A DNA stretch of 37,645 bases from UHGV virus genome UHGV-0334473, one strand, 5' to 3'. A program made the position numbers and the translations under genes. Source of the stretch: a virus. Positions 9,714-19,862 of this stretch are shown one piece after another. The notes under the pieces were generated by a model. It was not told the DNA's origin. It worked only from the letters and a program-made list of their open reading frames with translations, and ran no database searches. Numbering within the stretch: position 1 is the first letter of the stretch; the number at the start of each line of letters is the position of its first letter.

Positions 9714-10084
9714 TGAATGAAGCAGATATTTTAGAAACTACTTATGAAGATAGTTGTATTATTGAAAGACTGACGGACATTGAAGATTCTAATACAAATA
9801 TTACTATTCAAGATTACAAAAAAGTATATGATAATCCTATTTCTTGCGCTCTTTCACAAGGTCAAATCGATGGACTAGCAGTCATAGAAGATGGAGAGAT
9901 GGTAAATGTTTCAACTGACACATATAAATTATTTGTTCATCCTAAGATTAAACTAAAAAAAGGAGATCGAATAACAATAACTCAAAAGGCCAGTGGCTTA
10001 ATTTTTTCTCTATTTGCTACTAAGCCTTTTTACTATCCTAGTCATTGTGAAGTGAATTTGATAGGAAGTGAGAAAAATGGGTAA
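9713..10084 (+). CDS. head-tail joining / head closure protein
   Basis: ATG at 9713 overlapping previous stop (TAATG); about 123 aa. Confidence 0.5.
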   Translation: MNEADILETTYEDSCIIERLTDIEDSNTNITIQDYKKVYDNPISCALSQGQIDGLAVIEDGEMVNVSTDTYKLFVHPKIKLKKGDRITITQKASGLIFSLFATKPFYYPSHCEVNLIGSEKNG

Positions 10085-10472
10085 TCTCAAATATGAATCA
10101 AATGCAGAAAAGATCATTGAGAATTTTAAAAATATGACTGTAATTGCTCAAAAAGAAGGAATATCCTTCGTTAACGATTCAATGAATAAAGTCGTTAGTT
10201 TAGCTAAACCATTAACTCCTGTAAAATCAGGTAATTTAAGGCGAGGATATCGTGTAGTAAAAGCTAGAAAACTATCAAGCGGTCGAATTGTTGGAGCAGT
10301 TATAAACAATGAACATTATTTTAAATATGTAGAAGAAGGTCATAGGACTAAAAATGGTGGCTTTGTCAAAGGGAAATTCATGTTAACTCGTGCAACGAAT
10401 CTTGCAAATATGTCTTATATTCCTCGAAGATTTAAACAAATGGCAATAAAAATCGTTAAGAAAGGAAAGTAA
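10077..10472 (+). CDS. HK97 gp10-family tail component
   Basis: Motif KSGNLRRGYRV characteristic of the HK97 gp10 family; ATG at 10077 after AGGAAGTGAG. Confidence 0.6.
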   Translation: MGNLKYESNAEKIIENFKNMTVIAQKEGISFVNDSMNKVVSLAKPLTPVKSGNLRRGYRVVKARKLSSGRIVGAVINNEHYFKYVEEGHRTKNGGFVKGKFMLTRATNLANMSYIPRRFKQMAIKIVKKGK

Positions 10473-10473
10473 C

Positions 10474-10851
10474 ATGAAAGATGAAATCATTGCTGCAATC
10501 AGTAGCAAATTAAAAGAAATCTATCCTGATGGGACAATATATCTTGATTCAGTTATGCAGTCAACTAAAGATTTTTATTTCGTTTTATCAGTAATGGAAT
10601 CTGGAACTGAAAATGTAGGAATTGATATTCAAAATGTTTCTTTCTTAATTGATATTGCATTGATTGATAATAACCCTAATAGAAATTTAATTAATGAATT
10701 AGTCTCACGTTGTGGGACTTTTTTTAATACGATTACAATCGATGAGCAAATATTATTTCCAAAAGCCTATTTACCTGATGAAGCAGATGGTGTTCAACAT
10801 ATTCGTTTTACATTAGAATTTCCACAATATATTGAATGGAGTGAAAGATAA
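10474..10851 (+). CDS. tail completion/terminator-like protein (hypothetical)
   Basis: 125 aa ORF immediately preceding the major tail protein. Confidence 0.45.
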   Translation: MKDEIIAAISSKLKEIYPDGTIYLDSVMQSTKDFYFVLSVMESGTENVGIDIQNVSFLIDIALIDNNPNRNLINELVSRCGTFFNTITIDEQILFPKAYLPDEADGVQHIRFTLEFPQYIEWSER

Positions 10852-11460
10852 ATGGGAGAAAAAAGAAGTAAAACCGGAATTATTTCTGTCGAAAAACCTA
10901 CTTGGTTTCCTTTGGAAGATGAGACAGGGAATTTTCCGGTATATGGTACTGCGTTGCCAATGGGAACAGCAGTAAGTATCAAACCAACAGCTAATTATGA
11001 AACAACACAAGATTATGGGGATTCAGTGGCTCAAGATCAATTTACAGCTTTTGGTGGTGCAGAAGTTGAACTGGAAGCAAATGGATATACTCATAAAGTT
11101 TTATCTACAATTACTGGAGGGAAAATTGTTAAAGGTGGTGCCTTGCGTTCTGGAGAAGATATTGCGCAAGATGGTGCGTTTGCATATAGACGTAAAAAAT
11201 CGAATGGGAAATACCGTTATACGGTCTTTTATAAAGGACAGTTTGCTCTAGATTCAGATGAAACATCAACGATTGAAGGAAGTAAAGTAAGTTTTACTCA
11301 TCCAACTTGGAAGGGTTCATTTGTAGATGTACCAGGACTTGGATATATGTATTCAGTTGATGAAGATGATGAAGGCGTGGATAAAGCAATGATCGGAAAT
11401 TGGTTTACAAAAGTAGCAATTCCAATTGAAGAAGCAGAACTTTCAGGAGGTACAGAATAA
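10852..11460 (+). CDS. major tail protein
   Basis: 202 aa; position before chaperone and tape measure; sequence style of TP901-1/phi13-type MTP. Confidence 0.75.
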   Translation: MGEKRSKTGIISVEKPTWFPLEDETGNFPVYGTALPMGTAVSIKPTANYETTQDYGDSVAQDQFTAFGGAEVELEANGYTHKVLSTITGGKIVKGGALRSGEDIAQDGAFAYRRKKSNGKYRYTVFYKGQFALDSDETSTIEGSKVSFTHPTWKGSFVDVPGLGYMYSVDEDDEGVDKAMIGNWFTKVAIPIEEAELSGGTE

Positions 11461-11801
11461 TGTCAAAATATCAAACAACGATTAAATTAACGAAAAAAGA
11501 TGAAGAAGGTAAATATGAGCAAGTACAATTTAAATCTGCTGAATTTTTACCAGGAACAGTTGTAGAAGATGCTGCAGGAGTTATGGAAGAAATGCAAACA
11601 GCGACTGATAAACAATCAGTTAAAAAAGCTTTAAGTCGTGCTTATTCATTTATTGCAGATACTTTATTTGAGGGACAATTTACTGGTGAAGATTATTGCA
11701 AAGGAATTGATGCTCGTGAGATTGCCTCATTGACAGGAAAATTATTGAAGTCTGTTACTGCAGGTTTTGATGAAACTTATACAGAGACGAAAAAAAAGTA
11801 A
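11460..11801 (+). CDS. tail assembly chaperone (gpG-like)
   Basis: 113 aa between MTP and TMP; ends ACG AAA AAA AAG TAA with slippery heptamer. Confidence 0.7.
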   Translation: MSKYQTTIKLTKKDEEGKYEQVQFKSAEFLPGTVVEDAAGVMEEMQTATDKQSVKKALSRAYSFIADTLFEGQFTGEDYCKGIDAREIASLTGKLLKSVTAGFDETYTETKKK

Positions 11802-12004
11802 GTGAGGCGCTCAAGTCACCTTCATTTAAGTATTCGATTACTTACCGAGAATTAGATATAAAGACGCAATTACTCGAAGCAGGTTGGACGTTACCAGAAA
11901 TTGAACGTACTGACTTGGATGAGTTAATGCGTCTTTTTGCTTTTAGAGATGCGGTAAAAGAGCATGAAGATGTTGAGTACTATGATAATTTCACTCAATT
12001 TTAG
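11460..12004 (+). CDS. tail assembly chaperone -1 frameshift product (gpGT-like fusion)
   Basis: A_AAA_AAG heptamer at 11792-11798 in frame; -1 frame is open for 68 further codons to TAG at 12002-12004, ending at the TMP RBS. Confidence 0.55.
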
Positions 12005-12015
12005 GAGGTGATACT

Positions 12016-14832
12016 TTGAATAACGATGACCTAATTCTGAAGATGATACTAGATGAATCTGGTTTTACTGCCGGTATGAATAATGCTGTCAAAAAGTTGA
12101 ACTCTTTTGATGAAACAATCGAAAGAAAAAGTAGAAATAGTGGCAGTTCATTAGGTAGTATTTGGAAAATATTTGCTGGAAGTTTTCTAGCTAGCGGAGT
12201 AACTAGAATCGTAGGAGCTGGCTTTGATCTAATCAAGGGTTCCATAAGTGGAGCGGTTGATCGAGTAGATACGATGAATAACGCTCTACGAAATTTCCAA
12301 AATATGGGATTTAGTAATTCAGAAATTATGAAGAATATCGGAAAGAATGGGCTTTTATCTCAAGGTATTCAAGGACTTCCTACTGCTTTGAATGATGCGA
12401 TAAGTCATGTTCAACTTCTTGCTTCTTCTACAGGTGATTTAACTCGTTCAACTCAAATATTTAAAGCTTTAAATGATGGAATTCTTGGTTTCGGTGGTTC
12501 AACTGATCAAGTTAATGAAGCTGTTATTCAATTATCTCAAAGTTTCTCAAACGGAAAAGTAGACGCACAAACTTGGAACTCAATGATTAACGCTCAACTT
12601 GGACCTACTCTTTCTGCTATTGCTAAAAAGATGGGAATTACAATGGGAGATCTGAAAGAAGGTTTATCTCAAGGTAAGATTTCTGTTGAAGAATTCCAAA
12701 ATCAATTAATAGAAATGGATACCAAAGGTGGCGGAGGACTTAAATCATTAAGTCAAATCGCTAAAGATTCTACTAAGGGAATTAAAACCTCTATACAAAA
12801 TGCAAAAACAGCTGTTACACGTGGTGTTGGTGAGGTAATAGAAGGATTAAATAAAGCATTAGTAGATTCAGATTTAGGTGGATTTAAGGGAATTATTGAT
12901 AAAGTGGGCAGTTCAATGGAATCGTTCTTAAAAGTAATTGCTGCAAATATTCCTACAGCAGTATCATTTTTAAGTAATTTATTTAACGAAATTCAAAAAT
13001 TTGGTTCTGCTTTGAAATTCATGATGCCCTTTCTTGTTCCTGCAGCTACCGCTTTTGGAGCGTTCATGTTTCAACTTAAAGGTATACCAGCAATAATAAA
13101 AAGCTTCAATAATTTTAAGAATGCCATAATTGGCGTTGGAAATTCATTAAAGATTATGGGGGCAATAGCTGCTGCTAATTCATTTGTTTTAATTATTGGT
13201 GCAGTCGTTGGTGCAATAGCTGTTTTCGGTTACTTTATGGCAACCAATGAAGAGTTTAGAAACAAGGTTATATCTATTTGGAATGATGTGAAAGATTCCG
13301 TAATTGGTGTATTAAAAAATATAAAGGACTGGGGAATTGATACTTGGAATTCTGCTAAAGAAATGGCATCAAATGCAGTTGAGGGTGTCAAAGATGCTTG
13401 GTCAGGAACAAAGGAATGGTTTTCTAACACCTGGAAAGGTATTAAGGATGGGGCCACAGGTTTATTTGATAAAACAGTAGAGACTTCAAGAAATGCAGTC
13501 GATAGTGTAAAAAATGCATGGTCTAATATGAAGAAATGGTTTTCTGATACTTGGCAAAGTATAAAAGATTCAGCCAGAGAAAAATGGAATGAAATTAAAG
13601 GTTCTATTATGTCGGTTGCTGGTCCATTGATTACAGGTATAAAGAATGCATTTTTACATGTTACTTTTTATCTAGAGACCTTATGGAATAATTTAGTTGA
13701 GATTGGTAAAAACGTCTTTGAGATTTTAAAAAATGTTATACTTGCGCCGGTTTTGTTTATTACCTCCATGATTTCTGGTGGATGGGAAGAAACAAAAAAT
13801 AATATGATTGCTGTTTGGAATAATATTAAAGAAAGTGCCATAAATATTTGGGAATCTATAAAGAATATATTTGTAAGTTATTTTACAAATATTTATTTTG
13901 CTGCACTCAATATTTGGACAGGGTTCAAGCTTACATTGATAAATATTTGGAATGAAGTGGTAAATCAAGCTAAATCGATTTGGTTAAACATAAAGTATTT
14001 TTTTATTAATCTTTGGATTGATATAAAATATTTTGCAATTCAGAAATGGATTGAATTGAAGTTTTCTATTATTCAAACTTGGATCGATTTAAAATATAAT
14101 GCCATTACTACTTGGAATAATATTAAACAGTTTTTCAAAGATACTTGGAAAAATATTAAAGATACGGCATACAATACGTGGATTTCTATAAAAAATACCA
14201 TGATTAATACATGGAATAACATTAAGGACTCTTTCTGGAATATTGTTACTGGAATTGTTAATTCTGCTGAAAATGCATGGACAAATCTAAAAAATGGTGT
14301 TTCAAATGCTATTAATCGGGTAAAAGAAATCTTTAATTCGTTAAGGGAAGTCAATTTATTTGAAATTGGCAAGAACATCATTGATGGACTTATAAATGGT
14401 GTAAAAGAAAAGTGGAATGCTTTGAAAGATACTATCAAAGGTATTGCAGGTAATATCAAAAATTGGATTAAAGGAGCTTTAGATATTCATTCTCCATCAA
14501 GATGGATGCGTGATATGGTTGGTAAAAATATTGTTCAAGGTATTATCGTTGGTATTGATAAAGAGCAAAGTAAGTTAGATCAAACCATGACAAATTTAGT
14601 AAAAACACCGTCTGTTCAACCTGTAGTAAATGGAATAAGTCACCTACCAATTACACAAACAAAGCAAAATATATCTGCTAGTGAAACAAAAGAAATTCAT
14701 TTACATTTAAATGTTTATGGAGATTTACCTGATTCAATGGTTCGGAAGATTACCACAAAAATTAAAACAGAATTGACAAGACAAATGAAACGAGATGCTG
14801 GTGCAGTAGGAGGAACATTATATGCAACTTAA
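12016..14832 (+). CDS. tail tape measure protein
   Basis: 938 aa; TTG start 5 nt after GGAGGTG; N-terminal TM segments and long Trp/Phe-periodic repeat region. Confidence 0.85.
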   Translation: MNNDDLILKMILDESGFTAGMNNAVKKLNSFDETIERKSRNSGSSLGSIWKIFAGSFLASGVTRIVGAGFDLIKGSISGAVDRVDTMNNALRNFQNMGFSNSEIMKNIGKNGLLSQGIQGLPTALNDAISHVQLLASSTGDLTRSTQIFKALNDGILGFGGSTDQVNEAVIQLSQSFSNGKVDAQTWNSMINAQLGPTLSAIAKKMGITMGDLKEGLSQGKISVEEFQNQLIEMDTKGGGGLKSLSQIAKDSTKGIKTSIQNAKTAVTRGVGEVIEGLNKALVDSDLGGFKGIIDKVGSSMESFLKVIAANIPTAVSFLSNLFNEIQKFGSALKFMMPFLVPAATAFGAFMFQLKGIPAIIKSFNNFKNAIIGVGNSLKIMGAIAAANSFVLIIGAVVGAIAVFGYFMATNEEFRNKVISIWNDVKDSVIGVLKNIKDWGIDTWNSAKEMASNAVEGVKDAWSGTKEWFSNTWKGIKDGATGLFDKTVETSRNAVDSVKNAWSNMKKWFSDTWQSIKDSAREKWNEIKGSIMSVAGPLITGIKNAFLHVTFYLETLWNNLVEIGKNVFEILKNVILAPVLFITSMISGGWEETKNNMIAVWNNIKESAINIWESIKNIFVSYFTNIYFAALNIWTGFKLTLINIWNEVVNQAKSIWLNIKYFFINLWIDIKYFAIQKWIELKFSIIQTWIDLKYNAITTWNNIKQFFKDTWKNIKDTAYNTWISIKNTMINTWNNIKDSFWNIVTGIVNSAENAWTNLKNGVSNAINRVKEIFNSLREVNLFEIGKNIIDGLINGVKEKWNALKDTIKGIAGNIKNWIKGALDIHSPSRWMRDMVGKNIVQGIIVGIDKEQSKLDQTMTNLVKTPSVQPVVNGISHLPITQTKQNISASETKEIHLHLNVYGDLPDSMVRKITTKIKTELTRQMKRDAGAVGGTLYAT

Positions 14833-15562
14833 GAGAGGACAATTTTTTATTAATCAACATTATTCTTCTGAATTTAATGTGTATATTCAAAACAGGCCTG
14901 CTTCTGTTTCAGCTAGTCGAGTAATTGAATTGAGAGAGCGAGAAGGAAATGATTCTATCATTATTGATAAAGGCTATTACAAAAATGTGACTAGAAAGAT
15001 TGAGTGTTACTATAAAGCACCTTCAATTGATGTGGTGCAGGAGTGGGAAGATCGAATCACTGAATGGTTAGATATGTCGTCTTATAGTGATTTTATTCTT
15101 TACTATGATGAACAATATATTTATCAAGCTGTAGTAATAGAAGGACCTGAATTTAAAGGAACAAGAAAAACAGGAAATATTGTCCCTTTTGAATTTACAG
15201 TGAGCATTCGACCATTTAAGGAAAATTACAATGGTAGATTTACTATTCGACAAACAGAAACTTTTGAAATTTATAACCCAGAGAAGTATTCTTCAAAACC
15301 GCTTATTAAATTGAGTGGTTCTGGAGATGCTTCTTTTTATATTAATAAGGACAAATATGATTTGAAATCGTTGGACAGAGAATTATTTATAGATTCTAAA
15401 TTAGAAGAGGCTTACCGAAAATTAGATGGTAATTTAGAACATCAGGATCAAGTCACTTTATTTTTAGATTTTCCATTTTTATATCCTGGAAAAAATGAAA
15501 TTAAATGGACGAAAAATATTCATTCATTTGAAATAATGCCTAGGTGGTGGAGAAAAGTATGA
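14822..15562 (+). CDS. distal tail protein (Dit)
   Basis: 246 aa immediately after TMP with overlapping start; siphovirus tail-component style. Confidence 0.7.
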   Translation: MQLKRGQFFINQHYSSEFNVYIQNRPASVSASRVIELREREGNDSIIIDKGYYKNVTRKIECYYKAPSIDVVQEWEDRITEWLDMSSYSDFILYYDEQYIYQAVVIEGPEFKGTRKTGNIVPFEFTVSIRPFKENYNGRFTIRQTETFEIYNPEKYSSKPLIKLSGSGDASFYINKDKYDLKSLDRELFIDSKLEEAYRKLDGNLEHQDQVTLFLDFPFLYPGKNEIKWTKNIHSFEIMPRWWRKV

Positions 15563-18321
15563 AACCAAGAATATATAGTCCTACTGAAACAGATTTCTCA
15601 ACGAATGGCTTAGGAATTTTAAAGGATTGTACAAGATGTGAAATATATGAAGTAGCTAATGGAAAATATGAATTAGAGTTGGATTATCCTTTAGGAACTA
15701 GATTTGATGAATATTTTGAAAATGACTATCAAATAAAAGCAAAGCCAAACGATCAAGAAGAGTATCATATCTTTTTTATTGATGATAAAGATATAGATAC
15801 TTTTTTAAATACAGTAACTATTTATGCTCAGAGTCGTACAAATCGACTTGGAAGACGGGTAGTCACTCTTGCGGAAGTAGACTCTAAAACTGGTCAAGAA
15901 GCGATATCAATTATTGAAACCAAAATGGATAAAAAATCTGACATACGACTTTATTCTGATATTACGGTCGTTTCTAGCACAATCTTTGAAGCGAGAAATG
16001 TTTTAAATTGTATTGCTGGTGAACAAGGATCATTGCTTCAATATTGGGGTGGAGAAATTAAACGTGAACCATTTAAGCTTTCTTTGTTAAAGCGAAGAGG
16101 TCGCAATAATGTTGGAACGATTCGGTATGGAAAAGATATGTCTGGTTTAAAGGTCAAATTAGATTGGACAGGTATAAAAACAAGACTTATTCCATATGCT
16201 GATCCTCAAAGTGAGGTAGGTACGACTAATCGAATTTATGGTTCGCCAGTAGATAGTGCCTATATTAATAACTATCCTGATGTGTATACAGAGCATGTTC
16301 AGTTTACAGAAGAACAAGGAGTAAAAGACATTAAGAGCTTAAATAAAATAGCTAAAAATTACTTTAAAACGATCAATCCTGGCTGTGATAAGCCTAAAGT
16401 TTCTATTACGGTTGAATTTGATAAGTTGACTGATAGTGAAGAAGCGAAAGAATTTGCGAAGATTAGAAATTATGGTCTGTTTGATACATTTAAAATATAT
16501 CATAAAAAATATAATATTTATCTTGAATCAAAGGTTAGTGGACTACAATACGATTCTTTATCTGAAAAAACTTTGAAATTAGAAGCAGGAGACATTCAAG
16601 TTGCTTTTTATCAGCAACAAGCTGTAACTATTCAGGATAAATTAAAAGATTATGCAACGAATAATTATATGAGTGATTTTAATGATTATGTTTCTTCAAT
16701 GATTACAGGTCAAGGCAGTGCAGGAGGATATGTAAGTTTATGGCCAAAAGAAAAACCTTCCAACATCTTTATTATGGATAATCCAGATTTAGAAAAGGCA
16801 AGAGAAGTACTAAGAATGAATAAAAATGGGATTGCTTTTTCTAAGAAAGGATGGCGGGGGCCTTTTACTTCAGCTTGGACATTAGATAGTATATTTAATG
16901 CCAATTTTATACAAACTGGATTAATCAAAGCAGATATCTTTCAAAATTCTTTTAACAAGACTGGAGATGTATTGAAATTAGTTAATGGACTACTCCAAAT
17001 TTGGAACAACAAAAAGAAAATAATGGAGTTAACTAAAAAAGGAATGGAATTTTGGAATTCTAAGGGTTCAATTGGAACGATTGGAACAACTGATTCTGCT
17101 GGTAATCCTTTTCCTGGGGCTTCTACTCCAACCCCTATTGAAGATAATTCTTTAGTTATTCGTACAAATGGAGACGGCAAATATATTTTGATTTCTCCTA
17201 AAGTAGGAAAAGGATTAGTTTTATTAGGAAATGGTAAAGCAATTTATTTTGGAGACTTAGATGTACAAGGAAAACTTACAGTTAAAGGAAAAGAAATAAT
17301 TCCTGGACAAGGTGGTGGTCCATCGGGAGGTGGAGAATCTACTGGTGGGTATCCTAGTGAATTAAAAACAGATGCAGAAAAGAGAGCTTGGAGAATTTAC
17401 GATATTTTGTGTAATAACGGATTTACGAAACAATCTGCATGTGGAATATTGGGGAACATTCAACAAGAAACAGGAGGAACTTTTGATCCTGATACTGTTC
17501 AAATAGGTGGACCAGCATACGGATTAGTTCAGTGGGATGGTTCTTCATATCCTCTTGTTGGTCCAGCAACATGGGATGGAAAGGTTTATGTTCAAAACTT
17601 ATTTAATGCTGCAGGTATTAAAGAACCAATAACGAGCTTAGATGCACAAGTTCGATTGCTTATTTGGACATTTACAAATGGACAATGGATGGGCGTAGTA
17701 CAACCTACGACGGTTGATGGATTTAAGGCCTGTACTGATCCAAGACAAGCAGCATATGCTTTTGAACGAAACTATGAACGTCCGGCAGCGACACATCCTG
17801 AACGTCAAGATTATGCAGTTAACTGGTATAACAAATTTAAAGATTTAAAACCAGGAGGAGCTACTGGAGAAGCAGGACTAAAACATTTAGAGTCTTTGAT
17901 TGGACAACGAATTGGCAATGGTCAGTGTTATGGCTTGTCTGCAGAATATTCAGGATATCTGGGTGGTTGTGGCATGGGTGCTGGAACAAAATATGGTTTA
18001 ACTCATGTGATAGGAAATACTTCTGCAGCATCTGATATTGGTATTGCCTATGATTGGTCTGCTGTTGGTTGGAAAGTGATTCAAAACCCTAGATATGATC
18101 AATTAGTAGTTGGTGCAATTATTAATTGGGCAAGAGGTGGACAAGTGGGTTCATGGTTTGCAGATGGAACTTATGGACATACTGGCGTTATCCGAGGCTT
18201 AGCTAATGGTCGTATGCAAACTTATGAACAAAACACAGAGTTAGGTATGATTTGTGGAAAGTTAGATCGCCAGTATTATAGTGCAAGTGCAATTTCTTCC
18301 ATTGTCATACCACCAAAATAG
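15559..18321 (+). CDS. tail-associated lysin (Tal): tail endopeptidase N-domain + lysozyme-like domain + C-terminal CHAP
   Basis: 921 aa; ACGILGNIQQETGG lysozyme-like motif; C-terminal NGQCYGL...GHTGVI Cys/His CHAP signature; ATG 15559 overlaps Dit stop (ATGA). Confidence 0.75.
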   Translation: MKPRIYSPTETDFSTNGLGILKDCTRCEIYEVANGKYELELDYPLGTRFDEYFENDYQIKAKPNDQEEYHIFFIDDKDIDTFLNTVTIYAQSRTNRLGRRVVTLAEVDSKTGQEAISIIETKMDKKSDIRLYSDITVVSSTIFEARNVLNCIAGEQGSLLQYWGGEIKREPFKLSLLKRRGRNNVGTIRYGKDMSGLKVKLDWTGIKTRLIPYADPQSEVGTTNRIYGSPVDSAYINNYPDVYTEHVQFTEEQGVKDIKSLNKIAKNYFKTINPGCDKPKVSITVEFDKLTDSEEAKEFAKIRNYGLFDTFKIYHKKYNIYLESKVSGLQYDSLSEKTLKLEAGDIQVAFYQQQAVTIQDKLKDYATNNYMSDFNDYVSSMITGQGSAGGYVSLWPKEKPSNIFIMDNPDLEKAREVLRMNKNGIAFSKKGWRGPFTSAWTLDSIFNANFIQTGLIKADIFQNSFNKTGDVLKLVNGLLQIWNNKKKIMELTKKGMEFWNSKGSIGTIGTTDSAGNPFPGASTPTPIEDNSLVIRTNGDGKYILISPKVGKGLVLLGNGKAIYFGDLDVQGKLTVKGKEIIPGQGGGPSGGGESTGGYPSELKTDAEKRAWRIYDILCNNGFTKQSACGILGNIQQETGGTFDPDTVQIGGPAYGLVQWDGSSYPLVGPATWDGKVYVQNLFNAAGIKEPITSLDAQVRLLIWTFTNGQWMGVVQPTTVDGFKACTDPRQAAYAFERNYERPAATHPERQDYAVNWYNKFKDLKPGGATGEAGLKHLESLIGQRIGNGQCYGLSAEYSGYLGGCGMGAGTKYGLTHVIGNTSAASDIGIAYDWSAVGWKVIQNPRYDQLVVGAIINWARGGQVGSWFADGTYGHTGVIRGLANGRMQTYEQNTELGMICGKLDRQYYSASAISSIVIPPK

Positions 18322-18333
18322 GGAGGTGATTTA

Positions 18334-19242
18334 ATGGCAAAGTGGAACGTAGTACTCAGCACAACTGAACCTTATAACTATGTCGGTATGATTCAGGTAC
18401 GGCAAGGTAATAAGAATTCAGAGGTTATGGAAGCAACCATCACTGAAAATGGAATGCCCTATGATCTAACTGGTTGTAAAGTCTATTTTGAATCAGTTGT
18501 CGGAGACAAATACCCAGTTCAATTAGGTACTAAAGTCATTGATGCAAAAAAAGGAAAAATTCAGTACACATTTGATCAATATTCGATGCAATGCCTACAT
18601 CGCCAAACAGCAGATTTTATCATTTATAAAGATGATGAGTTAATTGCTACGACGCAAGATTTCTCTTATTTTGTGATTAAAGCTGTCTCAAAAACAGAGG
18701 GTGAAATGGGATCGTATTGGCAGACAGTCGAAGATTTAATTGCGGATATGTCAGCTTTTATCAATGAAAACAAAGGTGACTTCACAGATTGGATGAATGC
18801 ACGTAAAAAGGAATTTGAACAATGGCGACAAGACCAACAAAATACATTTGAGGCATGGAGAGAAGGACAAGAAACCGATTATTTAAAATGGTTTGAATCA
18901 ATCAAAGATATTTTGAAGTCTATCGATCCAGGTGGAGTAATGTTAGCCGAATTAATGGATGCACGTGTTGATATTCAAGGAGTTCGTCATGCGTCTATTT
19001 CAGAGCGCTTGCTGGCAGATATGGATTATCTATATCAGAAATTACGAGCAACACTTTTCACGATTGAATACGGTGAGATTGAAGTGACTGATATTTTGCA
19101 GGATGATCTCTTTTCAGATAATCACGAAGTCGAAAAAGTTGGAACTGTAGAATTTCCAATTGAAGAAGGAGCTTTGATTATTGCAACTGTTGATGATCCA
19201 AAACAGAATGTTTTCACTCTTGAGAAAGTTGGGGTGATTTGA
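18334..19242 (+). CDS. baseplate upper protein-like (BppU N-domain-like) tail protein
   Basis: 302 aa after Tal; N-terminus resembles BppU-type; C-terminus ...FTLEKVGVI shared with following fibre genes. Confidence 0.5.
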   Translation: MAKWNVVLSTTEPYNYVGMIQVRQGNKNSEVMEATITENGMPYDLTGCKVYFESVVGDKYPVQLGTKVIDAKKGKIQYTFDQYSMQCLHRQTADFIIYKDDELIATTQDFSYFVIKAVSKTEGEMGSYWQTVEDLIADMSAFINENKGDFTDWMNARKKEFEQWRQDQQNTFEAWREGQETDYLKWFESIKDILKSIDPGGVMLAELMDARVDIQGVRHASISERLLADMDYLYQKLRATLFTIEYGEIEVTDILQDDLFSDNHEVEKVGTVEFPIEEGALIIATVDDPKQNVFTLEKVGVI

Positions 19243-19859
19243 TGGTTAAAGTAAAGAGAATGATGGAGACTGATGAATCTGGTGTTAAACGTCAATTTAT
19301 GCCAATTACACATGTTTCTGCAGTTTTAGGCTTAGAAAAAATGATATCAGGACAATCAAAAGTTCTTTCGGTTAATGGTAAATATGGTGCAGTCATTTTA
19401 ACGAAAGCTGATTTAGGATTAGAGAATGCAATTACTGAACTACCTTATGCAAGCGAGACAAGCGATGGTATTCTTACTGCTGAAATGTTTCAAAAGATCG
19501 TAAATGGAGAAGGTGGAACATATATTTTGCCGATTGCTACTCCTGAACAATTAGGAGGTATAAAAGTTGGGGAACTCTTAGAAGTTACTGAAGAAGGTGT
19601 TTTATCTGCAACTAAGCAAACAGACTTCAATTTCTCTGAAGAATTAAAGGGAAAATTAGAATCTCTAAAAATATTAAAAGCAGGTGCAAATATATCAATT
19701 GCAGAAGATGGAACAATTAGTTCTACAGGTGGTAGTGGGACTGGTGGTGTTAATCAGTCATATGTAGATCAAAAATTCCAAGAAGCTGTAAATCAAGCAG
19801 AAAGTTACACAAACGAAAGAATTCCAAATTTTACTTTTGAAAAAATCGGGGAGGTATAG
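19242..19859 (+). CDS. tail fibre protein (modular)
   Basis: Contains G-x-x-S-x-D-K-x-K-L-type tail fibre repeat; ends NFTFEKIGEV. Confidence 0.55.
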   Translation: MVKVKRMMETDESGVKRQFMPITHVSAVLGLEKMISGQSKVLSVNGKYGAVILTKADLGLENAITELPYASETSDGILTAEMFQKIVNGEGGTYILPIATPEQLGGIKVGELLEVTEEGVLSATKQTDFNFSEELKGKLESLKILKAGANISIAEDGTISSTGGSGTGGVNQSYVDQKFQEAVNQAESYTNERIPNFTFEKIGEV

Positions 19860-19862
19860 AAA

